DNA from: Octopus sinensis
Lineage: Eukaryota
Assembly: GCF_006345805.1 (NCBI RefSeq)
Contig: NC_043011.1
Coordinates: 7,936,001 to 8,000,000 of the forward strand
Length of the DNA: 64,000 bases
Direction of reading: 5' to 3'
Shown here one piece after another: positions 11,722 through 24,347 of the stretch (positions within the stretch are counted from its first letter, which is position 1; each line of letters opens with the position of its first letter). The notes below the pieces were generated by a model, which did no database searches, had not been told where the DNA came from, and saw nothing but the letters and a program-made list of their open reading frames with translations. Made by a program: the position numbers and the translations under genes.

Positions 11722-12224
11722 TAATAATAATCCTTTCTACTATAGGCTCAAGGCCTGAATTTTGAAAGTGGAGGATAGTCGATAACATCGATCCCAGTAT
11801 ACAACTGGTACTTACTTTATCGACCCTGAAACAATGAAAGGCAAAGTCGACCTCAGCGGAATTTGAACTCAGAACGTAATGACAGACGAAATACCACTAA
11901 GTATTTTGCCTGGCCTGCTAACGAATCTGCCAGCTCACCATCTTAATAATGATAATTATTATCTCTGACTTTGGTACAAGGTTAGCAATTTTGAGGGAAA
12001 GGGTTTTTTGATTATGTCAACTGGTACTTGTCTTATCAATGCCAAAATGATGAATGGTAAACTTGATTTTGGCAGCATTTGAACTCAAAAAGCAAAGAGC
12101 TGGAAACAGTGATACTGAGTGTTTTGTTTGATGCCCCGATGGGTTTTGCCAGCTCACCATCCAAATAAGGAATGAACAGAAATAAATAAGATTTCATTGT
12201 ATGATACTATTTTCGCAATTTGTT

Positions 12225-12604
12225 TAACCTTTTGATACCAACCTGGCTGAAACTGCTTCTGGCTCTGTAGTACAAATATCTTGTTTTCAAAAGTTCTGAA
12301 TTAAAATCTTCCACCAAACCTTAGTCACAATTTATGTTCCTAACACCAGATGAATGATAATTAAGTTATTTTACAAAATTCTTTGTTATATTTAAAGTAA
12401 TTGAAAGAAACACAGAGCATCTCAACAAAAATATGGTAACAAAAGGATTAAAATATATATAATAGAGGAACAATTCTTAACCCTTTCGATACCAACCCAG
12501 CTGAAACCACCTCTGGCTCTGCAGTACAAATGTCTTGCTTTCAAAAGTTTTGAATTAAAGAAGCACAGAACATCTCAACAGAAATATGGTAACAAAAGGG
12601 TTAA
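12225..12604. mobile_element. Two piggyBac-like MITEs (TTAA|CCCTT...AAGGG|TTAA)
   Basis: TTAACCCTTTCGATACC...GGTAACAAAAGGGTTAA at 12478-12604 and a longer degenerate copy at 12225-12451; relatives near 1797 and around 2400-2975. Confidence 0.7.
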
Positions 12605-12864
12605 GAAGAAAAATAAATAACAAACCACTAGAAATAAGCCAACCTCAGTAATTTTTATTAACTTTTTTGATTTCAATATATATACATATATATATATATA
12701 TATAAACTGTATAAATAGATATAAAAAATATAAAAATCCTTTTGTGACATGCATTTTCACCCTCCGTTTCTGTGTTTGTTTGTGCATGCAGATACATATA
12801 CATACATCTATCTATCTAGCTAGCTATACATATACATACATCTATCTATCTGTCTGTCTATACA

Positions 12865-13119
12865 TACAGGGGAGGGCAAAAGTAGGTATACAGTAAGTAT
12901 CACATCAATGCTATAATACTTGATTCATTAAAATTATTAGCACATTGAATTAATTAGCCTCATTTCTGATATTTTCAGTGTCATTAATCATGATAATTTA
13001 ATTATCATAACTATAACAATACTTTCATTGTAACTTTTAATTTTTTTGATAAAAATAAATGAGAATTGTATGTGTTCTCCATTTTCATAGCTGTATACCT
13101 ACTTTTGCACCAACCTGTA
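12865..13119. mobile_element. Tc1/mariner-type MITE (duplicated at 14750-15004)
   Basis: TA-flanked TIRs TACAGGGGAGGGCAAAAGTAGGTATACAG / CTGTATACCTACTTTTGCACCAACCTGTA. Confidence 0.75.
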
Positions 13120-13434
13120 TATATATATATATATTATATATATATTTATATATATGTATGTAAAAAGTACCCACTACACTCACGGAGTGGTTGACGTTAG
13201 GAAGGGCATTCAGCTGTAGAAACACTGCCAGATCAGGCTGGAGCCTGGTGCAGCCTCCTGGTTTCCCAGACCCCGGTCGAACCGTCCAGCCCATGGAAAA
13301 CAGACGTTATGGAAAAAAGGTGTGTGTGTGTATATATGTTTATACATACATACATACATACATACATACATACATACATACATACATACATACATACATA
13401 CATACATACATACATACATACACACATACATACA

Positions 13435-13469
<35 letters not shown>

Positions 13470-16061
13470 CAGGCATTCAGTAGACGAAGGAAATATTTGA
13501 ACAAAATTTCAAAAATAGATTTTCTATCAAGGTACATTTAAAACCTGGTCTTTATCTATGCAAATAGTAATAATGATGATAATAATAATAATATAATAAT
13601 AATAATGATAATAATAATCTTTCTACTATAGGCTCAAGGCCTGAATTTTGAAAGTGGAGGATAGTCGATAACATCGATCCCAGTATACAACTGGTACTTA
13701 CTTTATCGACCCTGAAACAATGAAAGGCAAAGTCGACCTCAGCGGAATTTGAACTCAGAACGTAATGACAGACGAAATACCACTAAGTATTTTGCCTGGC
13801 CTGCTAACGAATCTGCCAGCTCACCATCTTAATAATGATAATTATTATCTCTGACTTTGGTACAAGGTTAGCAATTTTGAGGGAAAGGGTTTTTTGATTA
13901 TGTCAACTGGTACTTGTCTTATCAATGCCAAAATGATGAATGGTAAACTTGATTTTGGCAGCATTTGAACTCAAAAAGCAAAGAGCTGGAAACAGTGATA
14001 CTGAGTGTTTTGTTTGATGCCCCGATGGGTTTTGCCAGCTCACCATCCAAATAAGGAATGAACAGAAATAAATAAGATTTCATTGTATGATACTATTTTC
14101 GCAATTTGTTTAACCTTTTGATACCAACCTGGCTGAAACTGCTTCTGGCTCTGTAGTACAAATATCTTGTTTTCAAAAGTTCTGAATTAAAATCTTCCAC
14201 CAAACCTTAGTCACAATTTATGTTCCTAACACCAGATGAATGATAATTAAGTTTTTTACAAAATTCTTTGTTATATTTAAAGTAATTGAAAGAAACACAG
14301 AGCATCTCAACAAAAATATGGTAACAAAAGGATTAAAATATATATAATAGAGGAACAATTCTTAACCCTTTCGATACCAACCCAGCTGAAACCACCTCTG
14401 GCTCTGCAGTACAAATGTCTTGCTTTCAAAAGTTTTGAATTAAAGAAGCACAGAACATCTCAACAGAAATATGGTAACAAAAGGGTTAAGAAGAAAAATA
14501 AATAACAAACCACTAGAAATAAGCCAACCTCAGTAATTTTTATTAACTTTTTTGATTTCAATATATATACATATATATATATATATATAAACTGTATAAA
14601 TAGATATAAAAAATATAAAAATCCTTTTGTGACATGCATTTTCACCCTCCGTTTCTGTGTTTGTTTGTGCATGCAGATACATATACATACATCTATCTAT
14701 CTAGCTAGCTATACATATACATACATCTATCTATCTGTCTGTCTATACATACAGGGGAGGGCAAAAGTAGGTATACAGTAAGTATCACATCAATGCTATA
14801 ATACTTGATTCATTAAAATTATTAGCACATTGAATTAATTAGCCTCATTTCTGATATTTTCAGTGTCATTAATCATGATAATTTAATTATCATAACTATA
14901 ACAATACTTTCATTGTAACTTTTAATTTTTTTGATAAAAATAAATGAGAATTGTATGTGTTCTCCATTTTCATAGCTGTATACCTACTTTTGCACCAACC
15001 TGTATATATATATATATTATATATATATTTATATATATGTATGTAAAAAGTACCCACTACACTCACGGAGTGGTTGACGTTAGGAAGGGCATTCAGCTGT
15101 AGAAACATGCCAGATCAGGCTGGAGCCTGGTGCAGCCTCCTGGTTTCCCAGACCCCGGTCGAACCGTCCAGCCCATGGAAAACAGACGTTATGGAAAAAA
15201 GGTGTGTGTGTGTATATATGTTTATACATACATACATACATACATACATACATACATAATACATACATACATACATACATACAACATACATACATACATA
15301 CACACATACATACATACATACATACATACTACATACATACATATATATCAGGCATTCAGTAGACGAAGGAAATATTTGAACAAAATTTCAAAAATAGATT
15401 TTCTATCAAGGTACATTTAAAACCTGGTCTTTATCTATGCAAATAGTAATAATGATGATAATAATAATAATAATAATAATAATGGAATTAAATAAATAAA
15501 TAATGGCTAATTCACATTCCTTCATGCTGAAATTTAAACTGGAGGCTTGGTGATAAAGAAACAGGGGATAGGCATAGAGGATTCCAAGCATTGCAGACAC
15601 CCACACCCACCTGATAGTTAAGGTGTGGAATAGCAAAGGTATGACATGTACTTTGATCTTGTTTTTCTTTCTTTCAGGTTCTTTTTTATTATTTGTTTAT
15701 AGTTGTTTTGTGACAGTTACATTAGTTTTACAGAAAACTATGAACTTCTCTATCAACTATAATTCACAACCACCTCTTTCACCTTTTTGCATTTAACCTG
15801 GTCATATCCAGCCCAAATATGCTACCTGTTTTGCATTTTGAAGCCAAAGAGATCCAGCCTGTCCCACTTTCCCAAGAATGTCATTCTAAAGATATCTAAC
15901 CACAACTTCAAAATTTTCAAAGCTACAAAATAATGCATGATTAGTTAAAAACAATATTACATGTAACAGAATAATCTGAATGCTAAGGTGATTAACCAGC
16001 TTTAGATTAAAAAGATTAAACAAAAAATTGCATTTGTCCTCTTGTTTCATTTTATCAACAA

Positions 16062-16457
16062 CTAGCAGTATCGCCCGGCGTTGCTCGGGTTTGTAAGGGA
16101 AATAACTATATAAGCATTTTTAGAGATGTAAAGTATAATAGCCATCTCAATGTGGCTAACCACAAAGGGGGGTGTTACTGTAGCTTTTTACGTTCTGAGA
16201 TTTAATAATACATTTTTAGAGAGTTACTTCCCTTATATAATAGCAAAAAAATGCATTAAAAATGGGAAAAAATTATGGAAAATTTTTTTTTTTAATCGTA
16301 GACTCATCGTAGACGAGCGCTAATACCCAGAAGGGCTTGATATGAATCACGACTATAAGATACCCGCTTTTGGTTAAACTGCACCGCAAAATGTGGGAGT
16401 AGTTAGGAATCTAAATCGTAGGAGACAGATACACAACTTGACTTTTATATATAAAGA
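16062..16457 (-). mobile_element. Complete non-autonomous Helitron (396 bp)
   Basis: Minus strand begins A|TCTTTATATATAAAAG and ends CCCGAGCAACGCCGGG (hairpin) CGATACTGCTAG|T. It has 5'-TC and 3'-CTAG termini, a subterminal hairpin, an A|T target and no TSD. Confidence 0.85.
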
Positions 16458-17542
16458 TTATTAAACATCTATGACTGGCGTCCGTGCAAGCAGGGTGCAA
16501 AGAGCACCATACGAGTGTGATCATTGACAGAGTGGCTAACCAGCTTCTGTGCCAGTGGCACATAAAAGGGCATCATTTGGGTGTGATCGTTACCAGCGTC
16601 GCCTTACTGGCACTTGTGTCTGTCCTAGTAGGGTACCAAGAGCACCATCCAAGTGTGATCGTTGCCAAAGCAGCCAACTTTTGAGCGTGATCGTTACCAA
16701 CGTTGCCTTACTGGCCCCTATGCCGGTTGCATGTGTAAAAAGATTCGAGCAAGGTCATTGCCAGTACCACCTGACTGGCCCTGTGCCGGTGGCACGTAAA
16801 AAGCACCCACTACACTCTCGGAGTGGTTGGCGTTAGGAAGGGGATCCAGCTGTAGAAACTCTGCCAGATCAAGATTAGAGTCTGCTGCGGCCATCTGGTT
16901 CATCAGCCCTCAAGGCAAAATCGTCCAACCCATGCCAGCATGGAAAGCGGATGTTAAACGATACGCTTTCAAATTTGTAACATGTTGAATATTCCCTCCC
17001 TACACTGAACACATATATACATGTACATATCATATACATACATACATAAAACTTAGATATGTTTTGACCAAAGATTGGTCCAGGCCATGTCTAACTTAAT
17101 AGCACCACCTGATAGGATTATCTAAATCCTGTTTAAGTCAAGTTTTGTTTATGGTCCATTCAAGTAGTGAGTTTTTGTACATACATACATTTATATATAT
17201 ACATATATATAATATAAAGAAGCAACAGGATATCAAATACGTCATCATAATACAAGACATATCAATTAGTTAATTAATTATATATATATATATGTGTGTG
17301 TGTGTGTATATATATGTATGTATATGTATGTATGTATGTATGTATTATGTATGTATGTATGTATGTATGTATGCATGCATGTATGTATGTATGTATGTAT
17401 GGTATGTATGGTATGTATGTATATGCTTTTATGCACATGCTTGCACAAACACATTGTATGTTATCATCAAACACCCACATATCAAAAGACCATATGGCAC
17501 CAGCATACAAGTTCCAAATCCCATCATGTTACCCTCTGAAAG

Positions 17543-17659
17543 ATCAATTTGTCAAAGACAGAACAGAAAAATGAGCAAAAGCGAAATGAAGTTTCAGACT
17601 TGATCATGGGATTATCGGAAATAAATGATAAAATTAAATATGAGAAATTCTTGGAATAA
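17543..17659 (+). CDS. Candidate terminal coding exon INLSKTEQKNEQKRNEVSDLIMGLSEINDKIKYEKFLE*
   Basis: ctctgaaag acceptor, 39 open codons of protein-like charged sequence ending TAA; phase 0 is compatible with the upstream candidate exons. Confidence 0.4.
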   Translation: MNLSKTEQKNEQKRNEVSDLIMGLSEINDKIKYEKFLE

Positions 17660-18149
17660 ATGACAAAAACATGTTTAACCAAAAAAAGGAGAAAAACAAT
17701 GATAAAAAAAACAGCAATGATAAAAAAAAATAGTAATGATAAAAAAAAATAGTAATGATAAAAAAAACACACACACACACAGACACATGCATTCAGCAGG
17801 CTTCCACACAGTTTCCATCAACCAAATTTCATTCACCACTTGGCATTGGCCAACTTAAGAGATTACAATCACTGTAGTAAAAGATATTTGACCAACGTGG
17901 GGTAGCTTTAGATTGAACCAAGGATCAACATGATTGCCAAGCACACTTCTGAACCACACCTTCAACCACTCCCTGTCTATGCTTTATGGATACATAAAAT
18001 TAATATTCAGGTGAAAGAACGAGAAAAAAAATGAGGATATTACATGCCAGTGTCTAGGTCTGATTTTTCTTTTTTCACTCCATTGTTAAGAATATTAATC
18101 TAATGAATAGACAGGTAAATGAGGTGGGAAGCAAACGTGAAACAAAGAA

Positions 18150-18745
18150 CACACACACACACATACATACATACACAAATACACACACACATACACAAAT
18201 ATACATACACAAATACACACACAAATACACATACACATACACACAAATACAAACACACATACACAAATACACATACACACAAATACAAACACACATACAC
18301 ACACAAATACACACACACACACACACACACAAATACACACACACACACACACAAATACACATGCACACACAACTGCACACACAAATACACACACACACAC
18401 ACACAGACAAATAGACACACAGGTATTATTCTAACAAATACACACACACATACACACACACAAATACACACACACACACACACAAATACACATGCACACA
18501 CAACTGCACACACAAATACACACACACACACACACACAGACAAATAGACACACAGGTATTATTCTAACAAATACACACACACACAAATACAAACACACAT
18601 ACACACACAAATACACACACACACACACACACAAATACACACACACAACACAAATACACATGCACACACAACTGCACACACAACTGCACACACAAATACA
18701 CACACACACACAGACAAATAGACACACAGGTATTATTCTAACAAA
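18150..18745. repeat. CA-rich minisatellite (~115-150 bp unit, 3 anchors)
   Basis: CAGACAAATAGACACACAGGTATTATTCTAACAAA recurs at about 18405, 18537 and 18711 within (CA)n/AAATAC arrays. Confidence 0.9.
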
Positions 18746-20118
18746 CAAACAAGAAGTATTGTATTAAGAACTGTACTATCTACACAGTAGTAACCTAAAT
18801 TTATGTTGGCCTCAACGAATAAATAACAATGATTTTGAAAAGACATTCTCTCTAAAGTATATATCATTCACATACACACACATGTACATGAGTATAAAAT
18901 GTATGTATATATTATATATATCTTTTATCTTTTATTTTTTTTACTTGTTTCAATCATTGGACAGCAGCCACGCTGGGGCACCACCTTGAAAAAATGTTTA
19001 CTTGAACAAATTGACGCCAGGACTTGCTTTTTAAAAATCTGGTACTTAGTCTATATGCCTCTTTTACCGAAATGTTAAGTTACAGGGACATAAACAAACT
19101 AACACCAGTTTTCAAGCTGTTTCTTCATGATGCACGTCTGTATATTCCCGTAATTGTGCGTTTGTTTTATTTTCAATGAGAAAATACGAGTTGAAATTCC
19201 TGGTGAATGATAAAATATATTTTGTATATATTAAAACGATGACTGGAATATGTGTTACCATTTTAACACTGTGTTACACACGTTTCATTCTTTTAAATTT
19301 GAAATATTTTTGATTTTGATAGAGGCTTTTTTTAACAACCCCCTTTCAGTTCATAGCTGACCTCCTCGGAAAGACGAAAAGTAGGAGGTTCAAATGCTTG
19401 AAAGGGAAACAGAGTGGCAGCAGCATATGCCAACCCCTGAAGAGACATTCTATTACGAGGTTATTCCTTTCCCCTGCCAATGCTCAAACACCACACCTGT
19501 TTCGACATGGCAGATTTTACATTCAGCAAAGTGAGGGCAATGGGGCCAAAACCTCTGAGTAGCACCTGGGACAGAGCAGCTCTAGCGTTCATTTCAATGA
19601 CATACAATGATTGCTGTATTGAGAGTATTACCACACCCAACTCCATAAAATTTCAAGCAGGAGTATAACAAAAATTTCCCATAAAGATTTGTGGTTGAAT
19701 TAACGAGTAAGGTTAATATTTACAATGAATTTACCAAGTACACCTGACACACCGTAGAGTAAACACGTCCCTCACCTGTTTATTTCCACCTATAAACGAC
19801 ACCCAAGGAATTTCTTTCAAGTGTTAACTGTATTATTGTGAATCTATGGGTAAGGATTCACTCATGTAAGATGTTCCACGTGTATGCATGAGTGATTAGA
19901 CAAACGAAAGAAAAAAGCACTCAATACATTTAGTAGGAGCTACAGGTTATTTAAACTAGTATGATTTGGATCCATGTGGCTTAAAGTTAGAAACCTGCAC
20001 AACTTTAAGTCACATGGGGCTGAATCAAACTGCTTTAGATAATAATATATGCATATATATGTGTGTATCTATCTATCTATCTATCTCTCTATCTATCTAT
20101 CTTCTGTCTTTCTATCTA

Positions 20119-20152
<34 letters not shown>

Positions 20153-20231
20153 CCTATATATATATATATATTCCGTCCAACCCATGCTAGCATGGAAAAC
20201 AGACGTTAAACGATGATGATGATGATGATGA

Positions 20232-20275
<44 letters not shown>

Positions 20276-20912
20276 CTTTTTGAAAAGGTTCCTACAGATA
20301 ATGGTTATATTTTCCATACTGAAATCTACCCAGAAATATTTGTTGATTTTGAAATTAATAATTATTTACCCTTATATTATTAATAAATAAATATATATAT
20401 ATATATATACACTCACACACACACATACATACATACATATATATATATATTCTTTTATGTGTGTCAGTAATTTGACTGTGGCCATGCTGGAGCACCACCG
20501 TTAGTCAAGCAAATCGACCTCAGGACTTATTCTTAGTAAGCTTAGTACTTATTCTATCTGTTTCTTTTGCTGAACCGCTAAGTTACAGGGATGTTAACAC
20601 ACCAACATCAGTTGTGAAGTGGTGTTGTGGGGGGGGGGGGCAAACACAGACACACAAACATGCACACACATACACACACGCGTGCACACACACATACACA
20701 CTCACATATATTTATATACAATGGGCTTCTTTCAGTTTCCATCTACCAAATCCACTCTCAAGGCATTGAAGCTATAGTAGACGACACTTACCCAAGGTGC
20801 CACACAGTGGGGATGAACCTGGAACCATGTGGTTGGTAAGCAAGCAACTTACCACACAGCCACCCCTACATACATACATACATACAGACAGACAGGTAGA
20901 TAGATAGATATG

Positions 20913-20958
<46 letters not shown>

Positions 20959-21455
20959 TCTTCTCACTCACATACATACACACACACAAATGTTTTGCTA
21001 TATACAGACATCTGTATATACATATATACAGATACGCATACATCTATATATACATATACATATATATATATACATATAAATATTTTGTTACACACACCTA
21101 TATGCACTTATACACACTTTAGATATATACACATAAATATACCAAGCTATTTTTTTGTACTTTTTTCCCTCAATGAACTCTGGCCAAGCTGGAGTTTCAC
21201 CTTTCCCAGTACTTCGCACAGGTACTTGTTTTCTTTTCATCTTTATTTGTCAATCCAATAAGTTACAGGATATAAAAATCGAATCTGAGATCAAACACAA
21301 CTGGGCTTCATGACGTTTTTTTTCATTTTTCTGGACTTAATAAAATGAAGTACCAGTGATGTACTTGGGGCTGGGAGAGCAATATAATTGACTAAATCCT
21401 CGTCCCGAATTTCTGGCCTTGTTCCAATATTAGATATGATGATGATGATGATGAT

Positions 21456-21486
<31 letters not shown>

Positions 21487-22348
21487 AGGCAGAGGAGGAC
21501 GACAACCATAACGACGACGACAACGATCATATAATCAGAGATATGATGGTAGTAACGATGATTACTAATTATCATCATGATTATTGTGGTCATTGTCGAT
21601 GTTGTTGTTGTTGCTGTTATTAAGGTGGAAAGTCGGCAAAATTGTTACTGCACCAAACAAAATGCTCCATCTGCAGGGTTTTAAGTTCAAATTCTGCCAG
21701 GATTGACTTTGTCTTTTACCCTTTCAGGGGTTGATAAAACGTGTGCCAGTCAAACACTGAAGTCAATGTACTCCACATAATCCCTCCAGCAAAACTTGTC
21801 AAACCTCAAGAAATTTTCTTAGGATTCTTGCAGGAAACAAAGTAGAACTTTTCCTGCAGGTTACCATTTTAGTCTCAACTCCAAAATCTTTCAGACTCTT
21901 AGGTGGCAGTTTGCAGGTAACGCCAAGTGTACCAGTCTTCACAGGAATAATTGTCCATCTTAGTCTTCTCCGATCTCTTCATCTCTCTGGCTAGATTCTG
22001 TTATTATTATTAAGTGGGTGAGCCGTTAGAACCATACTTAGTGACGCTTATTCTGGCTCTTTTTACATTTTAAGTTTAAATCCCACCAAAGTCAGTTTTA
22101 CTGGTATTTCATTTTATCGAGCCCTTTCGGGGGCCTTTAGAATAAAGTACCAGTAATGTATTGGTACTGATGTAATTGGCTTGCTTTCTCCCATCAAAAA
22201 GCTGGCCTTGAGCCAAAATTTAGAGAGTATTAATATAAGTATGATCAACATCATCATTATTGCCATAGTTTTTTCCCTCAATATCACCTTAATGTAATGT
22301 AGTCCAATTTCCCATTTTTCCCTCCTTTTTCCACTGGAGTAGAAGTGT

Positions 22349-22503
22349 TTAAAATATATGCAAAACTGAATTAAATCCAAGGTATTTGAAGTTCTTTATG
22401 TCACGAGAACTGACTTTCGGTGGTAGAAAGTAGAAAAGCAGAGCAAGTATAATCACTATAAACATTGTGAATTCCAAGCGTGTGTACCGGTCATTTCGTC
22501 GAA
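22349..22503 (-). CDS. Last exon (exon 3) of multi-pass membrane protein gene
   Basis: tttctatttgcag acceptor; phase 1 joins the exon 2 donor; encodes (V)RRNDRYTRLEFTMFIVIILALLFYFLPPKVSSRDIKNFKYLGFNSVLHIF* with one TM helix. Confidence 0.8.
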
Positions 22504-22944
22504 CTGCAAATAGAAACATTTAATAAAGATAATAAAACATAGAAGAAGCATGTAACAGTCCAAATAACATTTGTAATACGTTGGTGATAAATCACTGATG
22601 ATAATCATATAACATAACATACAGCATACACATTTTCTTTTACTTTCTTTTACTGGTTTCAATCATTAGACTGCAGTCACGATGGGGTACAGCCTTCAAG
22701 GGTCTTAGTCAAACAAGTCAACCTTTGTACATTTTTTTCTTTGGAAAGTCTGGTACTTATTCTATCGGTTTCTTTTATTGAACTGCTAAGTTATAGTGAC
22801 CTAAACAAAGACTGGTTGTCAAGTGGTAGTAGAGGATAAACACAGCACACATGCACACACACACACACAACACACACACACACACACACACAAACACATA
22901 CATCACTTAATATACCCAGGATTTAAATTTGAGCTACTTTTAAT

Positions 22945-23400
22945 AATAACGTAATAATAATGAAATTATTGTATACAGTGCTCAGGTGCACCACAACTTG
23001 TCAAAAGTGCGTATAAAGCATATGCAGTAATGTACAAATGTCTGGAAAGTGAACAGTGTATGAGTCAGATACATGCTTGCGTGTGTATGGAGGGGAGAAA
23101 ATCAGGCGTAGTGTTGGCAAATCTCAGAAAGCATGGAAGTTTTGAAGGATGCAGTGCTCCGACAACTAACAACTGATGCCGGCAGTTTGTTCAATGCTTC
23201 AGCAACTCTTAGCGTGAAAATATGTTTCCAAAAGTCATGGGAGCTGTGCTGTTTTCTGACTTTGTAAACATGTCCACGGGAGTTAGACAGGTGGAGTTTG
23301 AAAAGGTGCTCAGAGTTATTGTTTGTAAGATGGTTAATAATTTTATGTTTCATACTGTGAAAGCTATGCATTTCAAAGTAAACTTTCAGACTCAAATATA
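22945..23400 (-). mobile_element. CR1-clade LINE 3' end with (ATT)n tail
   Basis: SRGHVYKVRKQHSSHDFWKHIFTLRVAEALNKLPASVV...FK, followed by a 3' UTR and short tail. Confidence 0.8.
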
Positions 23401-23643
23401 CAAGATTGTCTGAGCATTATATTTTCAGAGACATGAAACTAATTGTAGCTAGAATCCAAATCTTGTTCATACTGAGTGATTTTTTATCTCTCACTGGATG
23501 GAGCAATTTTTTGCTGATCCCACCAATAATGGAATGGCACATTTTATATCTGTCTGTCTGCTTGCTGCCTACCTGCCTACCTACCCACCTACCTACCTGC
23601 CTGTCTATCTATCTGTCTGTCCATCTATCTATCTATCTATCTA

Positions 23644-24290
23644 TGTCGAACGACTGCTGTCACGTGTGGGACGTGTCGGTTTATCAGCCGAGTCTATCGT
23701 TAATATCGTCACGCCTCCTTCCTTCAAACGGGAAGGAAGAGCTATTTTCATCATCCTTGTGGCTATGGCGAAAGAATGTATCTGGTGGACGCGTCTGAAA
23801 GGATTAGAGACGAACACTTTCCTCTCTGGTCAATCTCTCATCAACTTCTTCAAGTATCACTTGAAAAGGAAGGTGAGAGGCAACTTTTGTATAGCGAATG
23901 TTTAAAAAAAAAGATGGGTGAATTTAGCAAGGATGGCACGTATGAATGACGAAGCCACCTTGAGCATAATCCTATGAACCTGGAAAATTTAAAAGAGAGG
24001 GTTACCTACTTGCAAACAAATGTGGTAACATGTAACATTATTGACCAAGGTTACCGTGGTCTTTTCCGTAGGCTTTTCTTTCCACAGATAAACCTTATCT
24101 GCTTCCCCCTTTACACTTTACATCATGACACTGTTCATCGATTTTTTTATCTTCTTCCCCTTTTATGATCCCTTTTGATCGAAAACCTACCCCACTTTTT
24201 TTTCTTTTTTTTCTTTTCTCTCCTCCAAAAAGATAAACTCTACTTTGTAATCTGTCCCGTCTGTGTGCAGCCCTGTGTGGCTAATAAAGA
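23644..24290 (+). mobile_element. Tx1/L1-clade LINE 3' fragment inserted in (CTAT)n
   Basis: VAMAKECIWWTRLKG...FFKYHLKRKV..(frameshift)..KKRWVNLARM resembles Tx1 ORF2 C-termini; T-rich 3' UTR and AATAAA, with (CTAT)n on both sides. Confidence 0.65.
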
Positions 24291-24294
24291 AACA

Positions 24295-24347
<53 letters not shown>

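Larger units (their letters stand above)
9156..12160 (-). mobile_element. Cluster of ~8 copies/fragments of tRNA-headed SINE family D
   Basis: Repeated ...CCCCAGTGCGTAACTGGTACTTAATTTATCGACCCCGAAAGGATGAAAGGCAAAGTCGACCTCGGCGGAATTTGAACTC... at about 9156, 9812, 10043, 10660, 10834, 11505, 11731, 11960; same orientation, separated by (AAT)n. Confidence 0.85.
11688..15480. repeat. Near-identical ~1.89-kb tandem duplication (offset 1885)
   Basis: 11690-13563 repeats at 13575-15445; identical ORFs at 12575 and 14460. Both junctions lie in (AAT)n. Confidence 0.95.

Noticed and set aside
12575-14672. Identical 70-aa ORFs at 12575 and 14460 as a gene pair
   Set aside because: AT-rich low-complexity sequence duplicated passively with the 1.89-kb tandem unit.
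15678-15713. Strong plus-strand acceptor giving VLFYYLFIVVL* as an alternative last exon
   Set aside because: Only 11 low-complexity T-rich codons; cannot be distinguished from chance without RNA data.
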